Shown in pieces: positions 1 through 13,405 of a stretch of DNA of 64,000 nucleotides (the first letter of the stretch is position 1; the number at the start of each line of letters is the position of its first letter). The notes below the pieces were generated by a model that had not been told where the DNA came from, did no database searches, and worked only from the letters and a program-made list of their open reading frames with translations. Made by a program: the position numbers and the translations under genes. Source of the stretch: Octopus bimaculoides (taxonomy: Eukaryota); the NCBI RefSeq assembly GCF_001194135.2, contig NC_068998.1, positions 5,906,519 to 5,970,518 on the forward strand. The letters run 5' to 3'.

Positions 1-250
1 AAATACACCATTTTGAGCGTGGCCATTGCCAGTACTGCCTGACTGGCCTTTGTGCGGGTGACACGTAAAAGCACCCACAACACTCTCGGAGTGGTTGGTG
101 TTAGGAAGGGCATCCAGCTGTAGAAACTCTGCCAAATCAGATTGGAGCCTGGTGTAGCCATCCGGTTTCACCAGTCCTCAGTCAAATCGTCCAACCCATG
201 CTAGCATGGAAAGCGGATGTTAAACGATGATGATGATGATGATGATGATG
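1..250 (+). mobile_element. (GAT)n-tailed repeat (RTE LINE 3' UTR-like), copy
   Basis: Shared body ...ttaggaagggcatccagctgtagaaactctgccaaatcaga...catgctagcatggaaagcggatgttaaacgatgatgat. Further copies at about 452-676, 12880-13075 (monomers only), 30488-30785(-), 33563-33712(-), 35000-35060 and 38405-38532. Confidence 0.85.
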
Positions 251-1362
251 TTGCACAGTGGAACTGAAATCAAGAACACATAGTTCGGAAGCAAGCTTCT
301 TAACCTCATGGCCACCCCTGTTTAACGCATCTACATAAGTGACCAGTCAACAGGGGTCTCAGTCCATACAGTAGCAAGATATATTATATGCCCTTTTTTC
401 TTTTTTACTTGTTTCAGTCATTAGACTGTGACCATGCTGTTGAGCCTCATGGAAGCAATGTCGTTGATGCTAGTGTCACGCAAATGGCACCCATGCAAGT
501 GGCACATGAAAGCACCCATTACAATCTCGGAGTGGTTGGCATTAAGAAGGACATCCAGCTGTAGAAATCATGCCAAATCAGACTGGAGTTTGGCGCAGCC
601 CATCAGCTTACCAGCCCTGGTCAAACCGTTCTACCCATGCCAACATGGACAACAGATGTTAAATGATGATGATGGTGATATCTTTGTACATATACACACA
701 TACGTCTGTCTGTCTGTCTTTATGTATTGTAGAATGTGTCTGTGATCTCTAATAAGGAAAGGGGAAAGATAATGCAAAATATATTTGTGGCATCATGCTG
801 AAGTAAGAAATTCATATTTCATGCAATTCTTTGAACCCAGGAGGCTGCTTACAACAACAACAACAACAACAGCCGCCGCTGCCACAACCACCATCATCAT
901 CACTGAAGCAACAAAAACAGTTTCAGTTAAGCTACTTGGTTCCCACATTTAATGGGTGCTGGGTGTTAACTTTGGCACCCAAAAATACATAAATGTATAA
1001 ATGAAACACAGACGCGCAGGAACAAAGTTAGAAGCCAACATCTGTGACATGAATACTTCCTGTTGAGTTCACTGGTGTGTGTAATGGCAGGAGCAGCTCA
1101 CTGTTGCATTTGAATTGCAGCGAAGAATTCACAGCCTCGAATCACTTCATGTGACAGAGCAAAGCAGAGAAAAAAAACAAAAAAAAACAAATGAAATAAA
1201 TAAAGTCGGAAAATAAACTAGGTCTCTAATGGCGGGGACACTGACACCTGTTCTAAGACAGAAGTAGGGTCTTGATTTTGGGGGGCCTTACTTTGTTGCC
1301 CGGTCATTATTCTCTCATGTTACCAATAACCAAAATGTAGCTGCTCATCAGTTTCCTTTCTA

Positions 1363-1396
<34 letters not shown>

Positions 1397-1617
1397 GCTA
1401 CTACTACTGCTACTACTACTGCTACTACTACTGCTAATACTACTACTGCTGCTCCACCATCAACCACTTTCTCACTCTTATCACTTTATTTACCCCTTCC
1501 TCCCAACCACATTGATACTCTCACTTCTGAAGAGGAGTGGAAGCAGAGAAAACAACACACACACACACACACACAAAGAAAAAATAAAAAAGTCAAGAGA
1601 AGACGTATTTAACTTAC

Positions 1618-1698
1618 GTTTATTCGCTTCGGCTTTAGCAACATCTCCAATGACAGAAGTTTGTGATTCTATTTCAGTGCTGGGATCAGTAGCATAGC
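1618..1698 (-). CDS. CDC40: CDC40/PRP17 coding exon 4 (G/YATDPSTEIESQTSVIGDVAKAEANK)
   Basis: Acceptor tgtgttatacag, 81 nt, donor AAC|GTAAGT, phase 1-1. Continues 'SYGYATDPS' (human recalled as 'TYGYALDPS...IGSVEEAEKNQ'). The remaining exons, including the WD40 domain, must lie left of the window. Confidence 0.92.
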
Positions 1699-1855
1699 CT
1701 GTATAACACACAGAAATAAACATTAGATTACAACAACAGCAAAAAAAAGAAAAGCAATTAGTACAGCTACCGTCTATCTATTGATGAAGTATTTGATGGA
1801 CTGTCCTTGTAATTTCAGGTTCAACATTGTCACACACAGAACTATGCTTATTACT

Positions 1856-2077
1856 TTAACCTTTTAACATTTAACCTGGCCATTTCAGGCCCAAATATTC
1901 ATACTGCTCAAACCGGTCACATTTGGCCTCTTACACCTACCCAACAATGTCATTCTAACAAATAAACAATCACATCATTGAAATCTTGAAGTAACGAAAA
2001 TATGCATGATTAATTCAAAACAGCGTGAATAGACAAGGATTACATTAGACAGAGTAATCTGAATGCTAAGGGGTTAA
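1856..2077 (-). mobile_element. About 220-bp MITE with TTAA ends and ccctttagcatt/aatgctaaaggg TIRs (piggyBac-like)
   Basis: ttaaccttttaacattt...aatgctaaggggttaa. TTAA target with CCC/GGG termini is the established piggyBac signature. Other copies at 7866-8093, 20461-20610, 28002-28218, 40547-40775. Confidence 0.8.
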
Positions 2078-2463
2078 GGGTAATCCTTGAGTATAATAGA
2101 AGCACCTGAGGAATACTCAACCAGTTAATACTGTGATATGAATGGACTGCACTTCTGATTCAAAGTGTGAGTCTTGTTGCATGCAGTGTGCAGAGTCAGG
2201 CTGGGGTTACCTGTGATTTGAGGACTCAAACCAATCACACATGCTGTGTCATGTTGCAGTGCCTGAAGATTGTGTCTTGCATTAAAGAAATTTCCATAAT
2301 GCAGCGAGTGTTTCCAGTTGATTGGAAAGCCTGTTGCAGATTGTAGCAGAGGTTTATTTACATTAAAGTCACAACTGTCTGTGGAATACTCAGCCGCTTA
2401 CATTATGATGATGACACTGTTGAAATGTAGTGGCTTATGAGCCTCACTGAAAGCTATGCCTGC

Positions 2464-2503
<40 letters not shown>

Positions 2504-3049
2504 GCAGACACAGACAGGGTTATAAGTGGTGGAAATATATGTAACCTCATAAATACATCATAAGCATACTATTTCTTCATTATAGGATAGAAACACACAC
2601 ATGAATACATGCATACAATTATAAATGCAATATTTTTAAAGATATAAATGTGTTTCTTTTGACATACACAAATATGTGTATGTGTGCGCACACACACACC
2701 CCAGTTATAAGTACTGGAAATATATGTTACAATAACCTCCCCAACTCAAATATCTCTGGGTGGGGCAATGAAATTAAGTGCCTAAGTTTGAGGTTTAGGT
2801 AACAGTATTAAGTTTAGGGTTTAGATATGAACTGTTACAGACTTAAGTTCTTGGAAATATCTTAATGTATATAAATATAACAAGAAAATGGGGGAGGGGG
2901 GTTTAAGGGTAGTGGTGGGGGTCACAGTCTCACTAATAAGTTGCATCAAAGAAAAGATACAACTGTCAGCCTCAGCTCTCTTGGTAAACTAGGATTCGAG
3001 TGTTTGGTTGCTGTGCTTTTGTGCTATATTTTTTAGCTTCTATTTTTTA

Positions 3050-3200
3050 AGGTACAGGTGTAGCTGTGTGGTAAGAAGCTTGTTTCCCAACCACATGGTT
3101 CTGGGATCAAGTCCCACTTGGGCAAGTGTCTTCTACTATAGCCTTAGGCCGACCAAAGCCTTGTGAGTGGATTTGGTAGATGGAAACTGAAAGAAGCCTG

Positions 3201-3265
<65 letters not shown>

Positions 3266-3506
3266 TGTATGTATGTATGTATGTATGTGTGTGTGTGTGT
3301 GTGTGTCAGTGTTTGTCCCTTCACCATCACTTGACAACAGATGTTGGTGCATTTACATTCCCATAGCTTAGCGGTTCAGCAAAAGAGACCAATAGAATAA
3401 GTCCTAGGCTTACAAAGAATAGGTCCTGGGGTCAATTTATTCAACTAAAGGCGGTGCTCCAGCATGGCCGTGCTCAAATGACCGAAACAAGTAAAAGACT
3501 AAAAGA
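3050..3506 (+). mobile_element. tRNA-derived SINE family A (CORE-like ccttgggcaagt), full copy with internal (TA/CA)n
   Basis: A-box-like tagctgtgtggtaag, ccttgggcaagtgtcttctactatagcc, tail ...gctccagcatggcc...gaaacaagtaaaaga. Other copies at 4410-4762(+), 10670-11078(-), 15780-15920(+), 34698-34975(+). Confidence 0.88.
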
Positions 3507-4172
3507 ATGACACCAGGTTTGGTTAAACGGATCACTGCTCCCTACTTATTAAGAGATACACATAGATAGGGATCCACACGATAAAACCCCTATCAACTAT
3601 TACAGATTAAATGGTATGAGATACAAGACAAACACACACACACACAGAGTGAAGATGCACAAGCGCATCTAAGTGTCATATAAAAGCATGACTTTGTTCT
3701 GCTGAGGTCATGAAGGAGCCTCTATGATTACTCAATTTGCTAGAAATAGCAACCAAATCTCCCTCATATAAATTACAAAAAGGGGAACAGGAGGCCATGC
3801 CTCACTACAAATAATTACTACACAAATACTACAGTATTGAACTACCGTAATATTGTTTCTTATATAGGTTCCATCCTGAAACATTTACCAAAGGTAAATG
3901 AAATGCATAAATTTCAAATGAGAATTAAAGCCAGGCCACAAATAATACAGCATAACTATAAAAAGTCATATAGCAGTGAAATAACACCAATATATGTATA
4001 TGTATATTTATTGAGATAGAAAACAGGGAGATCTAACTCAATAAAAATGCTTGATATCTTAGGATATTCTATATAATATATTCATTGAAGAATTATCTCT
4101 TCAAAATATAATGTATTAAACCAGTGTATCTTGGATAAATATTCCTATAAGAGATCTGAATACCCTCATCAT

Positions 4173-4206
<34 letters not shown>

Positions 4207-6309
4207 NNNNNNNNNNTATATATATATCAACAAAGGCAGTGAGCCGGCTGAAATGCTTAGTGGTATTTTGTCTGTCTTTACGTTCTGAGTTCAAATTCCG
4301 ACGAGGTCGACTTATTCTTTCGTCCTTTAAGTACCATTTGCATTCTGGGGTTGGTCTAATCGACTAATTAACTTCAAAAATACAATTAAAAAGAAAAAAA
4401 TTGTTTGTCAGGTGTGGCTGTGTGGTAAGAATCTTGCTTTCCAGCCACATGGTTCAGGGTTCAGTCCCACTGTGTGACACCTTGGGCAAGTGTCATCTAC
4501 TATAGCCTTGTGCTGACCAAAGCCTCATGAGTGGATAAGGTAGATGGAAACTGAAAGAAGCCCATCATGTGTGTGTGTATGTGTGTGTCCACCACCACCA
4601 CTTGACAACCAGTGTTAGAGTGTTTATTTACATTACTGGTGTAACTTAGTGGTTCAGCAAAAGGAACTGATAAAATAAGTACCAAACTTAAACTAAAAGT
4701 TCTTCAAGGCAATGCCCCAACATGGGCACAGTCTAATGACTGAAACAAGTAAAAGATAAAAGATGTGTGCAGTGCTCTTTCTGCCATATGCATTCTACAT
4801 CCAAACATGTGTGTGGGTGTGTGTGATGTGTATATGTGTGTGTCTGCATGTATGTGCATGCATGCATGTGTGTATATGTGTATGTGTGTCTGCATCAGTG
4901 TGTGCATGTGTATATGTGTGTGTCTGCATGTGTGTATGTGTTCATGTGTGTATGTGTGTGTCTGCATGTGTGTATGTGCGCGTGTGTGTGTGTGTGTGTG
5001 TGCATGTGAGTATTGTATGCGTGTAGATACATTTATATTGAAATAGAGAAAGAATGAGGAGCAAAGAAGGGAACAAGAAGAGATGGAGAGAGAAAGAGAG
5101 AGGGAGAGATAAAAGAGTTGGCGGTGTGTGTGTGTGTGTGNNNNNNNNNNNNNNNNNNNNNNNNNNNNNNNNNNNNNNNNNNNNNNNNNNNNNNNNNNNN
5201 NNNNNNNNNNNNNNNNNNNNNNNNNNNNNNNNNNNNNNNNNNNNNNNNNNNNNNNNNNNNNNNNNNNNNNNNNNNNNNNNNNNNNNNNNNNNNNNNNNNN
5301 NNNNNNNNNNNNNNNNNNNNNNNNNNNNNNNNNNNNNNNNNNNNNNNNNNNNNNNNNNNNNNNNNNNNNNNNNNNNNNNNNNNNNNNNNNNNNNNNNNNN
5401 NNNNNNNNNNNNNNNNNNNNNNNNNNNNNNNNNNNNNNNNNNNNNNNNNNNNNNNNNNNNNNNNNNNNNNNNNNNNNNNNNNNNNNNNNNNNNNNNNNNN
5501 NNNNNNNNNNNNNNNNNNNNNNNNNNNNNNNNNNNNNNNNNNNNNNNNNNNNNNNNNNNNNNNNNNNNNNNNNNNNNNNNNNNNNNNNNNNNNNNNNNNN
5601 NNNNNNNNNNNNNNNNNTTCTGAAGAAAAGAAGCGTCTTTACCATAGACCGATCTGGGTCTGAGTCTGAGATTAAGTCTGGCTTGTAGACGAGGCAGTCA
5701 TGTTTTGACGGGTGTTGTGCTTAAGCAAGGTTCTCAGTATTACTTGGTGAGCAAAGCAGGCCGGTGCTGACTGATATTGGGATTACTACTGCACTCGTCT
5801 CACCTTAAACTTCACATCATTGGGTTGACATCTGTTCTTTTTTCTATATACAACATTTCAAGAAAAAAAAGGGGGGGTGGTGGTTCAAAGGATATTGTCT
5901 GTTGGCTGTTTCAGTTTTTCTAAACGGCTGGTTGAATTTTCTTAATGTTTTTTTGATGCACCTTTCACATGCGTAAATAGGCAGAAACATACATGCTTGT
6001 ATTTATGTGTATAGGCACACAAATGTATATATGTGTATGTATGTATATGGTATACACATGTACATATGTATATGTGTGCATGGGCACATGAATGTATGTA
6101 TATGTGTGCATGGGTACACACATGTATGTATATATGGGTACACACGTGTGTGTTTGTGTGTGTGTGTGTGTATATACACACACACATACGTGGGCACACA
6201 TATGTATGCATGTATATATGTGTGTGTGTATACACACACACACACACACACATATATAAACACATATCTATTTACATACATACACACAAGTATACACATA
6301 TATATACTA

Positions 6310-6835
6310 ACTGATGGCACATAAAAAGCATCATTCGAGTGTGGTCATTGCCAGTGCCGCCTGACTGGCTCCCAACCCAGTGACACGTAAAAAGCACCTT
6401 TCAAGTGTGGTCAATGTCAGTACCACCTGGCGGGCCCTCTTGCTGGTGGCACATAAAAAGCACCTACTACACTTTCGGAGTGGTTGGCATTAGGAAGGGC
6501 ATCCAGCTGTAGAAACTCTGCCAGATCAGATTGGAGCCTGGTGCAGCCTTCTGGCTTCACCAGTCCTCAGTCAAACCGTCCAACCCATGCCAGCATGGAA
6601 GTGAGATTACAGTTGTGGCCGATGTCAGTATTTCGTAACTGGTACCTGTGCTGGTGGCATGTAAAAAGAGCACCCACGATACCCTTGGAGTGGTTGGCAT
6701 TAGGAAGGGCATCCAACTGCAGCAACCATGCCAAATCAGATTGGAATCTGCTGCAGCTCTCCAATTTACCAGTTTTTAGTCAAACTGTCCGACCCATCAT
6801 GCCAGTATGGAAAACGGACATATAACGAAGATGAT
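6310..6835 (+). mobile_element. Two tandem copies of the (GAT)n-tailed RTE 3' UTR-like repeat with 5' monomer array
   Basis: Repeated ~60-65 bp monomers (ggcacataaaaagcacc...gtggtcattgccagtgcc) then the body; the second copy starts at about 6601. Confidence 0.8.
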
Positions 6836-8137
6836 ATACAGCCAACCCTGCTGATCTGTTGTTAAACATTTCCCACCAACAACAACAAAAGAACTGAATC
6901 AATGAAGGAGTCTCTTTGCACTTGCTAAACCCACCAGAAATAGAAGCCAAATCACCTTCACATCACATCCTTACTACTATCTTATAAAAACACCAAGGAT
7001 ATACCAGAAAATATAGTGCTTGATTTACGAAAAGACAGGAATGGTCATGGTTGAAACGCACTTGACCAGGCTGACTTGGAGCCAAACACCAACACCAGCA
7101 GCAACAACAATGTCATCAACTGGTAGTGATGAAGAAGGAAGTTTGGCTGGGCCTGCTAAATCAATGTCTACTGCTACCCCCTCGACAAACAGATGCAAAA
7201 ATTTACGTGCACAAGTAATGTTTATAAAATATGTCTATCGTTTATCACACAGCTTGCCTAAATACATTTTAAGCATATAAATAGGCTTTTAACATTAAAC
7301 ATGTTTTCACATACCGAATGAACTGTTTAGCTATCGCATGTATGGCATTCTGAAGAATGGTGTAAATGCTCTGTGCATGTATATGGGTGGCATCTGTTAT
7401 GTGAAGAGTATGTATAACACTTGACACACATATCTCTATATATATGTGTGTGTGTATATATTATGAGCTGTGCGCTTGAATTTTTTCTAATCCCCTTGAA
7501 TATCGTGGCAACATGAAACAAGAGATTTATGAAGGCAGAGAGAGAGAGAGAGAGAGAGGAAGTTGTGATGCTCATGCATCTCTACAAAGAACTGATAATG
7601 CCAATTGAAATGGTTCCCATTATGAACCAAAAAATGACATATATTACCATGGCATGAAACAAGACACTTTTAAATGGGAAGGCAATGAGAATTAATCACC
7701 ATCCTTGTTGTTTCAGTGTTTACTTCTCCATGTTTGTATGAGTGAAATGCAATTCATAGAGAGAGGTTTTCTAGAAACAGATACCTTTCCTGTTGCCAAC
7801 CTTTACTGATTTCCATAGAACAATGGAAATGAATAACACCAGCTGTCTACATCCATCATACAATGTTAATCCTTTAGCATACGGATTTCTCTGTCAAATG
7901 TAATGTTTATTTAGTCACAATGACATGATATAGTCGTGTATCACCTGGAAGCTTTGAAATTTTAACGACGCAATTGTTTATTTTTAGAATGATATTGTAG
8001 GATAAGTGTAAGAGGCTGTATCTAGCCAGTTTGAAGATAAAACACATAGTTTATTTTGACCAGATATACCAAAGTTTAAATGCTAAAGAGTAAGACAAAG
8101 ATACACAAGTACTCCTCTTGCCACCCCATATATATAT

Positions 8138-8424
8138 ATCTATCTTAATATATAAAATCCGTTCTGTCTGTCTGTTTGTGTGCTTATAACTCGAGCATTG
8201 TTCATCCAATTGCACTGAAATTTAAAACATGGATACATTACAGAGCAGGGCGTTCTGTAATCTAAAAAAATGTTCAAAATAGTTAGTTTCAAGGTGAGGA
8301 TCGCTATTCTTGTAATCTTTCTTTCTTGTTCAGAAATGGCCAAAATGCCAATGAGTGGGACGAAAAATGAAATCATGGGTTTAGGAAGCAAACATCTTAT
8401 CAATAGAGCCACAGTTGTGTCTAA
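8138..8424 (+). mobile_element. Possible non-autonomous Helitron/DINE-like element
   Basis: Starts tctatcttaatatataaaa followed by (ctgt)n, typical of small invertebrate Helitron-type repeats; the 3' hairpin/CTRR end is degenerate. Confidence 0.4.
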
Positions 8425-8450
8425 TCTATCAAAGAAATGAGATTACTAAC

Positions 8451-8580
8451 CATAACTAGCAAATGTGCGCCGTTGCGTCTCAAACTGGAAGTCATTCACA
8501 TGTGCTGATTCTACGAAACCCGACAGCATATTACGATCGGCAGAGAACTGCTGTGTGAGAAATGGATTATTAGGTCCAAC
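8451..8580 (-). CDS. CDC40: CDC40/PRP17 coding exon 3 (VGPNNPFLTQQFSADRNMLSGFVESAHVNDFQFETQRRTFASY/G)
   Basis: Acceptor ttttttttcctcaacag, 130 nt, donor ATG|GTTAGT, phase 0-1. Near-diagnostic match to the recalled PRP17 motif 'GPENPF..QQ...RNMLSGYAEPAHINDFMFEQQRRTFATYGY'. Not in the supplied ORF track. Confidence 0.96.
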
Positions 8581-9479
8581 CTGTTGAGGAAAAAAAATAG
8601 AAGAAAAATGACATAAGAATTACTAAATCATAGAGCAGAGTTTACATTTATGTTCGTACACGATGATTTTGAATTTATAAGTCATAAGGGAAGAGAGAAG
8701 AGGAATGGTATGAATGAGATATGGCTAACACTGGATACCATAGGAATCCACAGCATATCGATCCTTTGTGGAACCCCAGGGATCTGTGGACCCAGAGTTG
8801 GGAATGGCAGGTCAAAGGACAGCATGACACAGTAGGACTAACAAGATTAATAGAAGCGAATGCAGTGTACATGCAACACATTTGAATGAACAGAAATCCT
8901 AGCTGTATGCTTAGAACACATGGAAGGCAGATACAGTTCAAGAGTGGCCGAGTGGTTGTGGAATGGTAGTAAGTATGAAGTGTTCCACTATCACATAGAT
9001 GGTCTTTGCATGTACCACATACTAGTTATGTGTAAATACTATTTCGGTGAAAAGGCGTTATTGTCCATTGTAGAGATTAAACTTAGCTGTTTTTGTGCTG
9101 AAGAATTTGTGGTTTTATTACTTTCAGACTATTTTTAAAACAACATTTTTAATTAAAAAAAAAGAAAGAAGGAAAGTAAGAAAAAAAAAAGGGAATATGA
9201 GGGTGTGTGCTGTGGGTATGAGTTTATTGGCCACAAACACAGCTACAAATCCCTGGTCTACTAATCTGATCAACGACCAAAATAGCAAGTATACATACAT
9301 ATGTGTGTATGTATGTATGTATATATATATTATATACCCATAGCACACACCCTAATATATATGTATATATATATATATATATAACACAACACATACACAT
9401 ACGTGCACATAACCTAAATACTAAATACTATATATACATGCACAACTAAAAAAAGCCCTATACATATAAGCAAAACACT

Positions 9480-9516
<37 letters not shown>

Positions 9517-9845
9517 GAGAGAGTGTGTGTGTGTGTGTGTTTGTGTGTTTGTGCGTGCGTGATTTTTCATAGTGCAACTTGACAGCTTGTTCTGAATCTA
9601 AGAAGTGACACTTTTTAAGTTCTTTTTATTTTTTGTATTTGATGTTGTGTGTATTTCAAAACAATTCTTTAAGAGTACAGTTTACCAGAGTTCAAGAGAA
9701 AATAAAACATATATACATGTGTGTGTGTGTGTAAGGCTGTCATGCAGGAGTGGTGTTCTATGTGCCTACAGTTTTTTTAAACTCTAGAATTAGGAGGAAC
9801 AGCACTAAACAATAGGCAACACTCGGAAAACTTTTTTTTAACAAT

Positions 9846-10050
9846 AATCATCATCATCATTGTTTAACGTCCGCTTTCCATGCTAGCATGGGTTGGATGA
9901 TTTGATTGAGGACTGGTGAACCAGGTGGTTACACCAGCCTCCAATCTGATTTGGCAGAGTTTCACCCGGAATTCTTCACTGTACTCATTGCCAACCCTCA
10001 CCTTACTAACAGCGTCTCTGTACATGGCTCGCACAGCTCTCAGTATAATA
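9846..10050 (-). mobile_element. Internally deleted RTE LINE: RT-domain fragment joined to the (GAT)n-tailed 3' end
   Basis: The minus strand reads LRAVRAMYRDAVSKVRVGNEYSEEFRV (RTE RT region), then runs directly into the (GAT)n-tailed repeat body (about 9965-9846). Confidence 0.7.
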
Positions 10051-10174
10051 TACATGCTTATTCAACGAAACCATCTCTAGAAAGTTGATTGGACTGGCGG
10101 AGTGGGGATATGGGTGTGACAGTAAGATCAACAAAAAAAGTGAGAGATAAATATTATTTAATTAACACAGTATA

Positions 10175-10445
10175 ACGTCGGGCTCACAACCATGAGGTAG
10201 TGAGTTCGATTCCCAGACCAAATTGTGTGTCATGTTCTTGAGCAAGACACTTTGTTTTCACATTGCTCCAGTTCACTCAGCTGTGGAAGTGAGTTGTGAT
10301 GTCACTGATGCCAAACTGTACTGGCCCCTTTGCCTTTCCCTTGAAACATTGGTGGTGTGGAGAGGGGATGCTGGTATGCATGGGTGACTGCTGGTCTTCT
10401 ATAAGGCACTGGGCACTGGACTAGTGCCGCAGAAGGGAACTTGGT
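10175..10445 (+). mobile_element. tRNA-derived SINE family E (ttgagcaagacact...gctccagttcactcagctg)
   Basis: B box gagttcgattccc followed by a CORE/V-like ttgagcaagacact segment; a degenerate relative lies at about 43640-43830. Confidence 0.6.
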
Positions 10446-13372
10446 AGATGACAAAGGGCGTCTTTATCCTTTATATTTTTATGAGCTATTAGTTTCATGC
10501 GATGAAAACATCTGACAACATTTTTAACATGTCTGGTGCCTTCACGCAATCATCAGGTTGTGCCTACATGGCAGTGACTCTTATCCGTTTCTTCAAGCTT
10601 CTTGATGAAGAGGCAATCAACAAAGAAATGCTTTAAACGATTTAAATCATTTCTTCATTGGCATATTTGTTTACTCTGTTACTTGTTTCAGTTATTTGAC
10701 TGCGGCCATGCTGGAATGCCGCCTTAAAAGGTTTTAGTTGAAGAAATCAATCCCAGGACTTATTCTTAGTAAGCTTAGTACTTATTCTATTGGTCTCTTC
10801 TGATGAGCCGCTAAGTTACAGGGATGTAAACACACAAAATTGGTTGTCAAGCAATGGTGGTGGTGGGGACAAACACAGAAAAAAGACAAATACACACACA
10901 CACACACACATATATATATACAATGGGCTTCTTTCAGTTTCTGTCTACCAAATCTACTCACAAGGCTTTGGTTCGCCCGGGGCAATAGTAGAAGACATTT
11001 GCCCAAGGTTCCATGCAGCAGGACTGAAACCAGAACCATATGGTTGGGAAGCAAGAGCTTCTTTCCATACCATGCCTGTGTTTACTATTTGGAGATTGCT
11101 TCACCGGAAAGAAACTTGAAGTAATATAAAAGATGTCAAATTCATAATACAGAAACACACACACACACACACGAATGCATTCACATACATATTTACATAA
11201 ACACTTGCATATACTTATATTTACATGCACCATAAACACGTCTCATGAATATATAATTCGTAGAAACATGTACCTCTGAGTGTGTGTACGTCTCTGTGTA
11301 AATTATTCCTGGCAATATATCACAGTAACATGATACAAAACAAACTAGATTTTACTATAAACAATTAGCTTGAAGGATAGTGCCTCTGTGTGTTCGTGTG
11401 TGTGTGTGTGTGTGTGTATGAGATAGGGAGAAGAAGTGAGTGTATGGGTGTCTGTGTGAATCATATACAAAGTAAAAGAGAGAGAGAGTGAAAGTAGGTG
11501 GGTGAGTGTGTGCATTTGTGCATGTGTACCAGAAACCGATATGTACATGCGTGCAAGAAACAGACATGTCAAGTATACATAAAGTGAAAGTGTGTGAGGA
11601 AAATATGCTACAAGAGATATTTATGTGTGTGTATGTGTGTATATATATATATATATATACACAGATACACACACAGTGATAGCAAGAAATAAAAGCTGTA
11701 TCGTGTGTTCTATGAATTAATTAGTTAACACAAACATCTCAGCTTTTCTCAGTCCACAGTCCAATGATGATGATGATGATGGTAATGATGCTGTTGTTGA
11801 CATTCTTCATTTTCTCTCTCTCTCTCTCTTTTCAGAGGGTTCAATGAATTATCAAATGGTACAAAACAGTAGCAACAAAGAGCTAAAACAAATTCCATAA
11901 GCATGTTTCGGTGCCCAATCCGTAGAAGTGTACCTCACTTCTCATTGCTAATACGAACAAGAAATGCACAAATCCTTTCTAATATAAGCACAAGGCCTGA
12001 AATTTTAGCAGGGTGGTGGTGGGGGTAGTCAATTACATTGATCCCCAGTGCTCAGCTGGTACTTATTCTAGCGACCTTGAAAGGATCAAAAGCAAACTTG
12101 ACCCTGGCAGGATTTGAACTCAGAATGTAATGAACACCACACAACCTTTATAGCTACATACACATAGGCATGCACTCATCTTCAAGCTAAATGTATCACT
12201 CACTTCATGGGGGTTGTTACCCACTGCTGCCAGCAACGAACTAACTCAGTTAGTGAATGTCTTAACTTAAATATGTTTCATGCATAACATGAAGATGAAA
12301 TTCTAACTATGGCATACCATAAAAAACGCAAGTGGCAGACAAACAAACTAACATTGTTTTTGAATCTTGTATCATTCACATGATATGTCATCTGCTCTCT
12401 CATATGATACCTGGTACCTGTAAGTGTCACAGTCTACCAATCTACCTAGGAAGCATCATTTGTTTGTTTTTCTTTGCGCTCCTCCACCTGCCTTCTGGAG
12501 CACTGCACGCTCCATTACAATCTATTCTTTCTTTAGTTACATTTCTGATTCCAACCGTTTACAATTTTTGCTTCTTTCTTTGCACAACCAGAATACTAGA
12601 CATGTGGGTCATTCTTCAGCGATTCATTGGCTGATTCTGTGTCATGTGTTTGCTCTGGTGGATCTGTCTGGGATAGCTCAGTAGCAACAAGAGCAGCAAT
12701 TTGCTGTTATGATAACAAATAGCACCAACAGTTGAGCTAGCTGATGTATTACAAAATAGGAATGAGACATTCTGGCACAGCTGTTATGGTTCTGCTTATT
12801 TGGCACCACTGAGTCGATGCTGATTTCACATCAGACGTCTCAATGTTTCTCTCTGTCTATCTTTCTCTCTCTCTCTCTGTTTACACATGTGAAGTGGAGC
12901 ACTAACAGCACCGTCTGAGTGTGATCATTGCCAGAGCAGCTGTCTGGCTTCCGTGCCGCTGGAACGTAAATAGCACCATTTGAGTGTGATCGTTACCAGC
13001 GTTGCCTTACTGGCACTTGTGCTGGTGGCACGTTAGAAAACATTCGAGCGAGGTCGTTGCCAGTGCCGGTGGACTCGCTCCTGTGCAGGTGGCATTGGTC
13101 AACCTGAGGTGCCATGCAGTAGGACGAAACCTGAAACAACATGGATGTAAAAGCAAACTTCTTAACCACAGAGCCATTCCTGTATACAGAGACATGTCTG
13201 AGATCATATAAATAGTAGAAAGCAAGGTGAGAATTAAACTGGCACAAGCAACTCGTTCATACCCAACCAATTATATCACCATTATTCCAGCCGAGCAGCT
13301 AATCAACAAATAGTCAGCTAACTTAAGTGAAATACTTAACCACAAAAATTCCTATAAACAAGACATTAACAC

Positions 13373-13405
<33 letters not shown>

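Noticed and set aside
2404-2450. ATGATGA...CTGA resembling a C/D snoRNA
   Set aside because: Too short, antisense to the host gene, and the C-box is part of a (GAT)n repeat tail.
2780-2830. ttagggtt motifs suggesting interstitial telomere (also 21940-21960, 51880)
   Set aside because: Isolated degenerate motifs rather than arrays; more likely parts of small interspersed elements.
4704-5688. Long ORFs containing X runs (also at 14343-15512, 16524-17091, 19318-20021, 20781-21444, 34074-34840, 49721-50220)
   Set aside because: They are produced by translating through N-gaps.
5942-6324. Many HT/CV/YI/RE/LS-repeat ORFs here and throughout the window
   Set aside because: They are translations of (CA), (TA), (GA) and (TCTA) microsatellites.
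10444-10665. Possible mariner 3'-end remnant
   Set aside because: The translation gave no convincing transposase motif, and no paired TIR was found.
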